DNA from: Octopus vulgaris
Lineage: Eukaryota
Assembly (NCBI GenBank): GCA_951406725.2
Contig: OX597832.1
Span: 58,528,001-58,592,000 of the forward strand
DNA length: 64,000 bases
Direction: 5' to 3'
Shown here one piece after another: positions 1-11,658 of this stretch; the first letter of the stretch is position 1, and every line of letters starts with the position of its first letter. The translations under genes and the position numbers were made by a program. Below the pieces are notes generated by a model. It worked only from the letters and a program-made list of their open reading frames with translations, was not told the origin of the DNA and ran no database searches.

Positions 1-1
1 T

Positions 2-188
2 GCGAACGACACACCGGTCTCACGCCATTTCCGCTCCACCGGTCACTCCTTGCAACACCTATCTGTGTTCGGTTTGTCCTTACACAGAGGCCATCCGGAT
101 TCCCGTTTGCGCCGTGAACAGGAATTAATCTTCTCTCTTCGCTCTTATACGCCATTTGGTCTCAACTCTCCCCCCTCCTCATCTAACC
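2..188 (+). pseudogene. C-terminal part of a PLE GIY-YIG endonuclease (runs off window start)
   Basis: ANDTPVSRHFRSTGHSLQHLSVFGLSLHRGHPDSRLRREQELIFSLRSYTPFGLN fits the PLE EN C-terminal pattern PVxxHF..GHS..L.V.GL...R..REQ..I..L....P.GLN; the natural stop is probably the TAA at ~186, shifted by a 1-nt deletion. Confidence 0.8.
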
Positions 189-1005
189 CCCCTCTCCCCC
201 CTCCTCACCTATCCTTTCTTCCCCCGACCCCTACTTCTACAGTCCTTCATCCTTTCACCCCTACTCCCCTTCCCTTCTTCCCTCTTTCTCCCTCCCTCTT
301 CCCCTTCCCTCTGCTCCCTCACTCCCTCTCTCCTCCTTCATCCCCCTCCTCCCCTTCCTTCTCCCCCATCCTCTCCTCTTCCCCCTTCTCCTCCCCCTCT
401 TCTTCCCCTCGCCTTCTCTCCCCCTCTTCTCCCCCTCCCCCTCTTCTCCTCACTACACCACATGACTTTACACATCACATCACATATGATGTGCCATACT
501 AATACACACACCAACTAATACATACTAATACGTACTAATACATACCAGTACATACTAATACTTACACCAACCCTATACATACACACGTCCAGACCCCGCA
601 TACGCACTTATACTCTCTCACACACACACACACACACACCTATACATACCAATACGTACTAATACATACTAATACATACTAATACATACACCAACCCCAT
701 ACATACGCACGTCCAGACCAATCTTACGCACTAATACTCTCTCATACACACACACACACACACACACACCCTTATACATACTAATACATACACCAACCCT
801 ATACATACACACATCCAGACCCCTCCCACGCACTTTTAGCTGGTCCCTCAACCCGTTTATCAACCCTATTATCTCCCCTTATTTCGCTCTCGCGTCTCAT
901 GTTTGATCTTTGACCTCTGGCCGAAATCAGATCGCCATGTTGATTCGTTAGCTACTGCACGCATTTTTTTCTCTCCTTCTTTCTGTGTTTTTCTCTCTCT
1001 GTGTA

Positions 1006-1043
1006 TCTTTCTGTTGAAGAGCGTAGGCTCGAAACGTTAAAGA
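1006..1043 (+). ncRNA. Minimal type I hammerhead ribozyme motif (variant core CUGUUGA)
   Basis: TCTTT-CTGTTGA-A-GAGC(GTAG)GCTC-GAAA-C-GTT-AAAGA: stem I TCTTT/AAAGA, stem II GAGC/GCTC, palindromic AC/GT stem III. Confidence 0.75.
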
Positions 1044-1140
1044 CTTGTTTTATTTATATTTCCTGAGCGCCATACTAATACAATTGTTCGTTTGTTTTCC
1101 ACCTGCCTTCGTCTTTTGTTTATTTTCATAAAGCTTCCCG

Positions 1141-1175
<35 letters not shown>

Positions 1176-1539
1176 TAGATAGATAGATAGAAAGAAAGAT
1201 AGATACATGGATTGACAATAGAAGAGAAAGAGAAGAATAGATATTTGAAATATATGCAAACATACAAATAGACAGACACATAGACACACACACACGCAAG
1301 TACACACAAACATACATATATGTATGTATATATATATATATATATATATTATAGATAGATAGGAAGACAGACATTCAGACTGAGAGTAAACAGTAAATTT
1401 CTGAGATTTACTTGAGTGTGCTGACAATCAAATGCAATAGAATATGCGTTTGCTTTATAAAGAAAAAATTACGTGAGCACCATAAGTGTTTGTCCACATT
1501 TATATTACATGTGCACATATAATATTTTAGTATTACATA

Positions 1540-1737
1540 GGCGGTGAGCACGTTGGGAGAAATGCTTAGCAGTATTTCGTCTGCCGCAACGTTCTGAGTT
1601 CAAATTCCGCCGAGGTAGACTTTGCTTTTCATCCTTTCGGGGTCGATAAATTAAGTACCAGTTGCGTACTGGAGTCGATCTAATCGACTGGCCTCCGCCC
1701 CCAGACTTTCGGGCCTTGTGCCTAGAGTAGAAAAGAA
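1540..1737 (+). mobile_element. tRNA-derived SINE, family B (central GGTCGACTTTGCCTTTCATCCTTTCGGGGTCGATAAA domain)
   Basis: B-box GAGTTCAAATTCC; the family recurs more than 10 times in the window. Confidence 0.8.
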
Positions 1738-1761
1738 TATGTTATACGAAATATATTTTTA

Positions 1762-1878
<117 letters not shown>

Positions 1879-1924
1879 CCTATCTACCTATCTCTCTCTC
1901 TCTATATATATATATATATCTATA

Positions 1925-1956
<32 letters not shown>

Positions 1957-2089
1957 AGTACATATGCGTGGTTGTGTGGTAAGAAACTTGCTTCCTAACT
2001 ACTTGGTTCTGGATTCAGTCCCATTGCGTGGTACCTTGAGAAAGTATCTTCTACTACAGCCTGGCACCGTCCAGATCCTGGTGAGTACA

Positions 2090-2157
2090 AAAATTAGTTA
2101 CATATTATAATAAAACTTACCTATAGCAACAAAATAATTAATAACCACACACAAAAT

Positions 2158-2219
<62 letters not shown>

Positions 2220-2748
2220 TTATACATTTAAAAAACTGATATAAAAATTTCAAATATATAAATATACAAATACTTATAAATAGATAAATATCGATATGAT
2301 TCATAAAACACAGTAAATTTTAGATTTAAAAATTATAATACATTGTTGTAATAAAAATTTGAGATGATAAAACATTAAAAGGACGTACTAGAATACCTCG
2401 AAAATATTACAAAAATTTAAAAATTCCATCTACGGGCCGTTTCAGAGACGTGCCAAGTAATATGATATATTTCATATTTTTAAAGCTGACACTCCTCTCA
2501 TCAGGATTTTTTCACACAATGCAAAAAAAACCCCCATAATAATAAACAAATACAGAAATACAATTATACAATTACATACTAGTCTTTTAGTACGTTCTTT
2601 TAATGTTTTATCATCTCAAAGTTTTACTACACCAATGTACTGTTACGTTTAAATCTAAAATTTACTGTGTTTTATGTATCATATCGATATTTATTTATTT
2701 ATATGTATTTTTATATTTATATATTTGACATTTTCATATCAGTTTTTT

Positions 2749-2800
<52 letters not shown>

Positions 2801-2834
2801 ATTTTGTGTGTGGTTATTAATTATGTTCCTATAG
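2090..2834 (-). mobile_element. PLE pseudo-LTR remnant with 5'-inverted arm
   Basis: ~2121-2392 and ~2590-2834 are inverted repeats; an HHR lies between them on the minus strand; ~30-nt tail extension ending ..ACTAATTTT. Confidence 0.7.
2428..2507 (-). ncRNA. Hammerhead ribozyme motif with long stem II
   Basis: Minus strand ATC-CTGATGA-GAGGAGTGTCAG...TTGGCACGTCTCT-GAAA-CGGCCC-GTA-GAT; near-palindromic stem III ACGG-C-CCGT, GUA site; stem I only 3 bp. Confidence 0.6.
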
Positions 2835-2900
2835 TTTCCACTTTCATTGCCTCCATTCAGATTATTAAACGTTTTATATATATATATATAATATTTATAT

Positions 2901-3096
2901 ACTCTTTTCTCATTTACTTGTTTCAGTCATTTGACTGTGGCCATGCTGGAGCACCGCCTTTAGTCGAGCAAATCGACCCCAGGACTTATCCTGTGTAAGT
3001 CTAGTACTTATTGTATCGCTCTCTTTTGCTGAACCGCTAAGTTACGGGAACGTAAGCACACCAGCATCGGTTGTCAAATGATGTTGGGAGGACAAA

Positions 3097-3146
<50 letters not shown>

Positions 3147-3361
3147 CACACACACATATATATATGTGTATGTGTGTGTCGCCATGATAGATCGTTAGCC
3201 ACTACACATTTTTTTCTCTCCTTGTTTTTTCTGTGTCCCTTTCTGCAGAAGAGCGTAGGCTCGAAACGTAAAAGACTTTTACTATTCCTGAGCGCTATAC
3301 TAATACATCTGTTTGTTTTGTACACCACCTGTCTTCGTCTTTTGTTTTTTTCGTAAACTCT

Positions 3362-3411
<50 letters not shown>

Positions 3412-3578
3412 CATACATATATACGACGGGCTTCTTTCTGTTTCCGTCTAACAAATCCACATACAGGGCTTTGGTCGGCCCGAAGCTATAGTAGAAGACA
3501 CTTGCCCAAGATGCCACGAAGTGGGACTGAACTCAGAACCATGTGGTTCGTAAGTAAGCTACTTACCACACAGCCACA
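2901..3578 (-). mobile_element. tRNA-derived SINE, family A (CORE-like, internal microsatellite), interrupted by a PLE pLTR
   Basis: Reverse complement of the full copy at 6993-7461; insert 3178-3365 sits in the internal (TA)/(CA) tract. Confidence 0.85.
3178..3365 (+). mobile_element. PLE pLTR fragment with hammerhead at 3238-3275 (core CUGCAGA)
   Basis: CCTTT-CTGCAGA-A-GAGC(GTAG)GCTC-GAAA-C-GTA-AAAG; homologous to ~930-1140. Confidence 0.8.
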
Positions 3579-3589
3579 TATATTACTTG

Positions 3590-3810
3590 GATAGCTTACA
3601 TATGTTTCGACCAAAGATTGGTGCAGGCCATGTCTAACTTAATAGCACCACCTTACACGATTTGCTAAATCCTTTTTAAGTCAGGTTGTGTCGTATCATG
3701 GCCCATACCAGTAGGGAATTCTTGTTGAGTGAGTTGTATCCCGGTATAGGTGGCTTATCTAGTATTCCTTGAAGAAATTTGTCTGACCCTATTTATTTAA
3801 ATGTGTGCTT
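3590..3810 (-). mobile_element. 3' end of a CR1-group (Crack/Zenon-like) LINE
   Basis: Minus strand encodes ..DKFLQGILDKPPIPGYNSLNKNSLLVWA.., resembling the invertebrate CR1-group ORF2 end (LDKFLxxIPDxPxxPGY...NSL), then a short 3' UTR with a stem-loop. Confidence 0.65.
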
Positions 3811-3864
3811 GCAAGGAGGTGGATGTTGATAGGCATTCAGTGAAAATCTGGAAAATGATTAACT

Positions 3865-4430
3865 ACTCACACACCATACAATTACATACACACACACACA
3901 CAGAACGTCATATATGCACACACACATGCACACACATGCACACATGTACACACACAAAGCCACCTACTCACACACAATTACACTCATGCACACACATACG
4001 GACATAGACATTTATACGCACACATACACACACGAACACACACAAAGCCAAGTATACGCACACACATATATACCCATACTCACACATACTCATACATACA
4101 AAAATACACACACACACGCACACGAAGACACGTATGCACGCACACATACACATACACATACATACACACATATACACACACAAACACACACACAAAGCCA
4201 CGTATACACATATACACACATATACACACATACATATACATACACATACATACATATACACACATACACACACACACACACACATACACACATACATACA
4301 CATACACATACACACATACATATACACACACAAATACACATACATACACACACACATACACACATATACACGCATACATACACATACATACACATACACG
4401 CATACACGCACACAGCCACGTATACACACG
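3865..4430. repeat. Degenerate (CA)n/(CATA)n microsatellite
   Basis: Direct inspection. Confidence 0.95.
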
Positions 4431-4843
4431 TCCCATATGAACAATGCGCTGTTTGGCATTATTACGAGATGGCTATCAGTTGATTGACTCTACGGAATGT
4501 CTATCAGAAGAATTGATGTCAGTGACTTAGTAATTGGGATTCTGATATTGTTAACCTATATCTGAGTGCATTCGTCTATGTCTGTGTATGTGTGTGTGTG
4601 TACGTGTGTGTTCATGTGTGTCCAATTGTGTACGTGTGTGTTCAATTGTGTTCGTGTGTGTGAGTGCGTATGTGTGTGCGCACGCGTATGTATGTGCGCT
4701 TTTGACCAAGCATGCTTGAAAGAGGAGTTAACGATACAATTATAAGCTTATACACACACAAATGTATGTATGTATGTATCTATCCATATATCTACCTACC
4801 TACCTACCTACTTACCTACCCACCTACGTATCTACCCATCTAC

Positions 4844-4875
<32 letters not shown>

Positions 4876-4990
4876 ATGTCTGTCTGTTTGTCTGTCTGTC
4901 TATCTATCTATCTATCTATCAATCTATCTATCTACTTACCTATCTACCTACCTAACTACTACCTACCTACCTACCCACCTACATACCTAC

Positions 4991-5063
<73 letters not shown>

Positions 5064-6253
5064 AATCTCCGTAAACATATATATATATATATATCTGTGC
5101 GTGTGTGTGTGTTCATACTCAAATGAATATGTACATAACAGCGAGAGAAAAAGAACTCAATATCGGCGGTTGAATATAGATTATTTAATTGCTTAAAGCA
5201 ACTAAGTGAAGCTTCAAGTTTCCAGATCACCTCAAGCACATTCCATCCTGGGGTTTACTCGATGGAATAATTTTCTGACTAATTGTCTCTAAGCCACACG
5301 TCAGTCTCTCTGAAACAGACCAATGAGTCAAATCTTTCGAGATACCTTTTCAATGAAGCAGGTGTCTAGCGTTACATTTTATTACATGTGAATTCATTTT
5401 AAAGGCAGTAGACTAGTGTAGTCTGAAGGAAAAGTGGCTCTTTATTCTAGCATGTAAAAGCTCCAACCATGGATGTAAATTTTATCTTAGCAGTTTCAGC
5501 GCCAAGCGGGGATTAGGAATTAACGAACTTTAGGTTAATCAAAATATATTTGTAACATACATTAACTTCTGTAGGTATTTTCCAGATCAGACGGTTCACT
5601 ATCGCAACTAAGTCACTTAGAATCTGCCCAGAGTTATCTCTCTTCCGTATTTGTTATTGAGAAAGGCTAAACAGCCAGAAATGCGCGTCTGGGAATCCGC
5701 TAACGCGAAACACTGGGCAATTATGGTGTTTTCCCAATTTTGACAGTAAATGAGATGTTTTTCTCTACGGTAACTGCAGTAAATTTGGTTTTAGATGTGA
5801 AAATATGTCAAACTCATCTTTAACTAACCTAAAATTTAATTTTGTTTCTATCGATTAAACCAATCATGTTTTCAACGGAAGGAGAGCGCATGTTGTAAAC
5901 ATTATTTTGTCGATGTAGCGTAAATAGGAATTGTCACGTGTGATACATGTTCAGTATAATAATCCAATTTACAGTGCACTTGGAAGATCAAAAGCAATAT
6001 TTTCACAATATATATATAAACTGCTATCATTTAATGATCGATTATTTATTGAGATGAACTGTTGATTAGGCTTTTCTCTGTATATTCTTTTTGAACAGAC
6101 ATGATTGAGTGGTTCGGAAGCTAGCTTCACAGCAATGTGGTCTTGGGTTTAGCTCCCTCTGTGTGGAACGTTAGATAAACGTCTCGGGGCACCACAGCTT
6201 TGGGACTGGATTTAGTAAACGGAAACTGAAAGGAGCCCGTATATATATATATA

Positions 6254-6437
6254 AGTAGAGTTTACGAAAAAACCCAAAAACGAAGACAGGTGGTGTACAA
6301 AACAAACAGATGCATTAGTATAACGCTCAGGAATAGAAAAAGTCTTTTACATTTCGAGTCTACGCTCTTCTATAGAAAGGGACACAGAAAACAAGGAGAC
6401 AAAAAATGCGTGTAATGGCTAACGATCTATCACGGCG

Positions 6438-6440
<3 letters not shown>
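6254..6440 (-). mobile_element. PLE pLTR fragment with degenerate hammerhead at 6343-6380
   Basis: Reverse complement of 3178-3365; CCTTT-CTATAGA-A-GAGC(GTAG)ACTC-GAAA-T-GTA-AAAGA; flanked by (TA)n just after the 5' half of a family A SINE (~6100-6240). Confidence 0.8.
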
Positions 6441-6489
<49 letters not shown>

Positions 6490-6504
6490 ATATGTGTGTG
6501 TGTT

Positions 6505-6539
<35 letters not shown>

Positions 6540-6727
6540 GTACATCTGTATATATACACATCTTTTTAATTCGTTTTGGTAAATTTAGGGGTATGCAAAT
6601 GCTTCTGTTTCATTATGCCGGCTACCATCAGCTTTTCGTAATTGCATCAGGGTTATACTGATATAATATAAGATAAATATAATGATAACAATAATTCTCA
6701 GGTGGAATTTATAAATATTTAATAAAT

Positions 6728-6772
6728 GGCTACGCACGTTTCCGCAAAGTACATGATTTCGACATCAGAGTC
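6728..6772 (-). ncRNA. Degenerate hammerhead-like motif
   Basis: GACT-CTGATGT-CGAAA..TTTGCG-GAAA-CGTGCG-TA-GCC; core and stem I imperfect. Confidence 0.35.
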
Positions 6773-6992
6773 TGTATCCTTCAGATTAGTACTGTATAGT
6801 CCATATTATCAGTGGGTATCCTTTTGGTCATTATCATGGATTCATTTCATCAGGCGATATAACATTAGTGGATGAATCACTGACTGATGTGTATACCAAG
6901 TTGCCAGTATAAAGACCAATCGAGCAATGTCGGTATTTCGGTGTGTACTTAATGGTGGGAGGTATGTTATGGGAATAGAGGAAGGAATGGTA

Positions 6993-7153
6993 GGCGCAGG
7001 AGTGGCTGTGTGGTAAGTAGCTTGTTTACCAACCACATGGTTACGGGTTCAGTCCCACTGCGTGGCATCTTGGGCATTGGCTTCTACTATAGCCTCGGGC
7101 CGACCTAAGCTTTGTGAGTGGATTTGGTAGACGGAAACTGAAAGAAGCTCATC

Positions 7154-7194
<41 letters not shown>

Positions 7195-7461
7195 TGTGTG
7201 TGTGTTTGTGTGTGTGTTTGTGTGTGTTTGTGTGTGTGTGTGTGTGTGTGCGTGTGTTTGTGTGTGTGTGTCCTAAGAGCGTTTGACAAGCGACGCTGGT
7301 GTGTTCACGTCCGCGTAACCTAGTGGGTCCGTAAAAAGACCGATAGAATAAGTACTAGGCTTACACGGGAATAAGTCCTGGGGTCGATTTGCTCGACTAA
7401 AGGTGGTGCTCCAGCATGGCCGCAGACAAAATGACTGAAACAAGTAAAAGAATAAAAGAAT
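6993..7461 (+). mobile_element. tRNA-derived SINE, family A, full length
   Basis: GGCGCAGGAGTGGCTGTGTGGTAAG (A-box), GGGTTCAGTCCC (B-box), CORE-like TGGCATCTTGGGCA, internal (TA)n(TG)n, tail GCTCCAGCATGGCCGCAG..TGACTGAAACAAGTAAAAGAATAAAAGAATA. Confidence 0.9.
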
Positions 7462-7567
7462 ATGGGGACGGCGGTGTATGTGGGGATTTATTTGCTATTC
7501 ATTGTGCAGTTTTCAAAGATTGTCATTCATTCAGCATGTTTATAGATAGTAGTACATTTGTTAATTG

Positions 7568-7760
7568 AAAAAATTATTAGTTCTAAATACCTGTCCGATA
7601 AAAATGCAGTAACAGTACTCTAAAATAAAGATTATTTGCTAACATAATGTGGTAGTCCTGATTAGGACGAATGTTACTGATATTTATCCCCAGAAAACAT
7701 CGTCTCCAGCTGGTTACCGACGCGCTATGTGCGTCATTATGTTTTCTAAGAACGGAGGTA
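7568..7760 (-). mobile_element. Diverged copy of the four-way-junction element (structured core 7607-7679)
   Basis: Aligns with ~34230-34413; outer stem CAGTAACA/TGTTACTG versus CAGCAACA/TGTTGCTG. Strand inferred from the 34016-34413 copy. Confidence 0.75.
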
Positions 7761-8342
7761 GTATTTCGTGACTCTCCTCAATAAATTCTGAACTCAACAA
7801 GTGATCAGCTGTTATATAGTGGGATCCGGTGACCTAAGTGATTAACACCACACCCCTTACGCTGACTTTTTCATTGTTTCTGCTGATATAGTGTGTATCA
7901 TCTGAAACATTGGTATTTTCATTTATTTTGGGGGGAGCGTTTCCTTCACTATTCTATAATTTGTTAATTCTTCTCAAAATATTTTCTTCAAATTCCATGA
8001 TGATTGATATTTTGTTCTTATGCCTACATAATATGACAATCTCGGAGTGTCTATTTATCACGTTTTCCTTGTATGTATGTATATATTTATATATATATAT
8101 ATTCTTTTACATGTTTCAATCATTTGACTGTGGTCATTCTGGAGCACCAACTTAAAGGGTTTTAATCGTAGAAATCGAGCCCAGAACTCATTCTATGTAA
8201 GCCTATTACTTATTCTATTGGTCTCTTTTGCCCAAACACTAAGTTACGGGGATATAAACACACCAGCATCGGTTGCCATGTGTGTGTGGGCAACAAACAC
8301 AGACATAATGACACACACATAAATATAAATATATATATTTAA

Positions 8343-8403
8343 TCCACTACACAAGGTTGTAAGCGAGGAAAATAGACCCTCGATTACAACATTGAGTAGT
8401 GGA
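8343..8403. repeat. 26-bp inverted repeat (hairpin) next to (TA)n, probably a PLE-type inverted remnant
   Basis: TCCACTACACAAGGTTGTAAGCGAGG ... CCTCGATTACAACATTGAGTAGTGGA, 3 mismatches, followed by an ~80-nt tail and (TA)n. Confidence 0.6.
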
Positions 8404-8486
8404 GTAATAATCTAAGTGGTTCATAGATCATTTTGCGTATATTTGTAGCACACTGGTGTTCTAATTATTCAACGTCCTTATCATTA

Positions 8487-8522
<36 letters not shown>

Positions 8523-8548
8523 TGTATGTATGTATCTATCTATCTATC

Positions 8549-8601
<53 letters not shown>

Positions 8602-8606
8602 CTTTA

Positions 8607-8637
<31 letters not shown>

Positions 8638-9737
8638 ATATATACATGTATATATATGCATATATATTTGTGTGTATGTGTGTGTGTGTTTGTCCAATCG
8701 GTGTTGGGGTGTTTACGTCCCCGAACCCGAAGCGATTCAGCAAAAAGAAACGACACAACATGTACACGGCTAAAACAGAAAACAACGCGTACTGAGTTTT
8801 ACTCGTTCCATTAAAAATTCATCAAGGGAATGCCCCAGCTCGGCCGCAGTCTAATACCTGAAACAAGTAAAACCAAAAAAAGACCCAAAAAAACAAAAAA
8901 AACATAAACAGAAATAGAGGACAAACGATGAAGTACAAAGAAAACAATGAAAGAACGCAATTATCGATCGACTACGGTAAGAATATGAATTAAGAATACC
9001 TAATATTTTCTTAAAGTATCGACTCAACCTTATTGGTGCTTTGCCAAAGGGTTTTCCTGACTAATCTGTGTGATCACTCAGACCCTCACCCCCCTCCCCA
9101 TGCGACCATACCTTAACGTATATCTGCCCATCCCATGACACCGTCAAGTTCTACCTCTCCCCCGCTTACATACCACCGAATACCACAAATATCTTCACCA
9201 TACCGCCTCATACCATTCATATTCCTATTAAATGTTTGCCAATCTCGTTTCTTTGAAGTCTCTAACGATTAACAAACTGAATACTAATCTCACGTACAAA
9301 CATACACGCATTTATACAAACACGTAAATGTACACAGACGCATGCAGATACACACACACACACACGCTCGTGCAGACGCGTACATCATATACATGAGTCT
9401 ACTCCTTGCTGTCTTCTTCACCGCGCTCCCTTTGATAAGTACTGACATTGTTGTCAAGCGAATCTTTCGGTGCCGTGCCAAAGTCAAGACTGGAGCAGCG
9501 GCAAAGATTCTGAACTTAAGCAACAAATGTTTCCACCACTTATACAAGGGAATGTCGTTTCGTGATTACGCACGCTCGCACACACCTAGGCACAAAGATA
9601 TATCTGTGTGACTGTCAGTATACACACATATATATATATATACACACATACATACATACATATAAACATATACATATACATACTTACATAAATACATACA
9701 TACATACATACATACATACATTCATACACGTACTCTC

Positions 9738-9825
<88 letters not shown>

Positions 9826-9833
9826 GATAGATA

Positions 9834-9965
9834 GAATCGAACTCGGAAACTTGGGGTTAGTAGACCGCGCTCTTTACCACTACGATATATGTCATGGTGC
9901 ATTTGTTAAAAGCGCGGGCTACTAACCCCAAGATTCCGAATTCGATTCCAGGCAGTAACCTGAAT

Positions 9966-10039
<74 letters not shown>

Positions 10040-10270
10040 AAACAACAACAATAATAATAATAATAATAATAATGGTAACAACAACATCGAAAAATACCTT
10101 AGGAATGGGAACCCAGGTTCGAAATTTCCCCAAGACACCTGATGAAGGTTGGAGAATATATCAGCCGAAACTTTGTGTTAACAACGAAAAAGATGAGGAC
10201 AAATATCCGTCAAATGTAAATAATGTAAATAATTTACATAATTCCTCATCTCTTAAATATAGAACTGTAT
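9834..10270 (+). mobile_element. tRNA-headed short retroelement carrying a hammerhead, with 5'-inverted head duplication (9834-9891)
   Basis: Head 9892-9962 with A/B-box-like motifs, (CAA/TAA)n spacer, HHR 10134-10179, terminal hairpin AGATGAGGA/TCCTCATCT, end at AGAACTGTAT; second copy at 34569-34933. Confidence 0.85.
10134..10179 (+). ncRNA. Minimal type I hammerhead ribozyme
   Basis: GACAC-CTGATGA-A-GGTTGG(AGAATATA)TCAGCC-GAAA-C-TTT-GTGTT; the sister copy has CGTT, so the consensus is a complete HHR with a GUU site. Confidence 0.8.
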
Positions 10271-10794
10271 ATATAGATTTGATACATATATAGATATGCA
10301 CACATAGATATGTTTTCTTCTATATTTATATGTGTGTGAGTGTATATATGTATCCCCCTCTCTCTCTATACATATATATATATATATCTTTGTGCGTGTG
10401 TCTTTGTCTTGACAAGCGGTGTTGGAATATTTATGTCCTCGTAACTTAACGATTCAGTTAAGACCGATAGAATATGTACTTGGCTTAAGAAATACGTTTT
10501 GGGTACGATCTGTTCAAAACCCTCCAAGACTGTGCTCCAGCATCCCCGCAGTCAAAATGACGGAAAAAATAATGGAATAAAAGAATAAAATATATGTGCG
10601 TGTGAGTGTGGGTGTGTGTGAGTGTGGGTGTGTGTGAGTGTGGGTGTGTGTGAGTGTGTATGTGTGAGTGCGCGCCCACGTCTGTGTGTTGTGAATGTAT
10701 ATATGTATGTAGAAAAATTATACACATATACATATCTGTGTATTAGTGTATAGATATGTGTACATATTTACGTATATAAGCATACATACATACG

Positions 10795-11340
10795 CACAAA
10801 CAACAACAAGGACAAGAAAAGTAACCTTTTCTGGGCCTACGATAGATGCATTACGTTCCACCTGGAAGGATATGCCTTCGCTATCCAGAAACAGGAGATG
10901 GTTACTTAATACATGATAAACGAAGATATTACCAAATGTCGAGAACTTTAACAAGTAGGAATATAGGTGGAACACCCCAGTGCAAAACATATTAATTCGG
11001 TGCAAACATAACAGACCTATAGAACAGGGAACAAAAGCCATGCACTGTTGTAAAGGTCAGCTGCCCGGTAAATGCGTATGTTTAATCAAAGGATCAAGAA
11101 AAAGAGAAAATTTATGGCGTATTAATACAGAATTTACAGTACTTGTATCCTGACTATGAATTCACGTGTGAATCTATCATCATAGGTGCATTAAGTTGTG
11201 TGTCAACGAATTTGCAACAAAAGCGAGAAATACTGGGTTATACGGAAGAAGTGGTAAAAAAAACTGACGCAGATTCCCCAAATCCAGTAGTTTAGTAGCA
11301 CAGTGAAGATTTGTGAGACATTCCAAAATTCTCAGTCCTA
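10795..11340 (+). pseudogene. Degraded RLE-type (R4-like) LINE 3' region, (CATA)n-associated lineage
   Basis: Frameshifted translation ..HLEGYAFAIQKQEM..CKHNRP..VSCPVN..IYGVLIQNLQYLYPDYEF..IIIGAL..TVKICETF; 5' flank CATACATACATAC. Confidence 0.7.
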
Positions 11341-11406
11341 CATTGTGTGAACACATAAATGCACTTCAACCAGCACATTAACTCAACGACATGATTACAA
11401 TCACCG

Positions 11407-11568
11407 GGGAGTGGCTGTGTGGTAAGTACCTTGCTTACCAACCACATGGTTCCAGGTTCAGTCCCACTGCGTGGCAACTTGGGCAAGTGTCTTCTACTCT
11501 AGCCTCGGACCGACCAAAGACTTGTGAGCGAATTTGGTAGACAGAAACTGAAAGAGGCTCATCATGTA

Positions 11569-11658
<90 letters not shown>

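Larger units (their letters stand above)
1..1141 (+). mobile_element. Penelope-like retroelement, 3' portion (GIY-YIG end, pyrimidine-rich 3' region, pseudo-LTR with hammerhead), ending in (TA)n
   Basis: Frame 2 encodes a PLE endonuclease C-terminus; HHR motif at 1006-1043; pLTR sequence ~930-1140 recurs at 3178-3365 (+) and 6254-6440 (-); followed by (TA)n. Confidence 0.85.

Noticed and set aside
9390-9570. Possible host exon (minus strand NLCRCSSLDFG..EEDSKE*)
   Set aside because: No recognisable domain or partner exons; unsupported without RNA data.
9892-9962. tRNA gene (also other tRNA-like heads at 23772, 26645 and 39523)
   Set aside because: No complete cloverleaf or acceptor stem; each continues into a SINE body.
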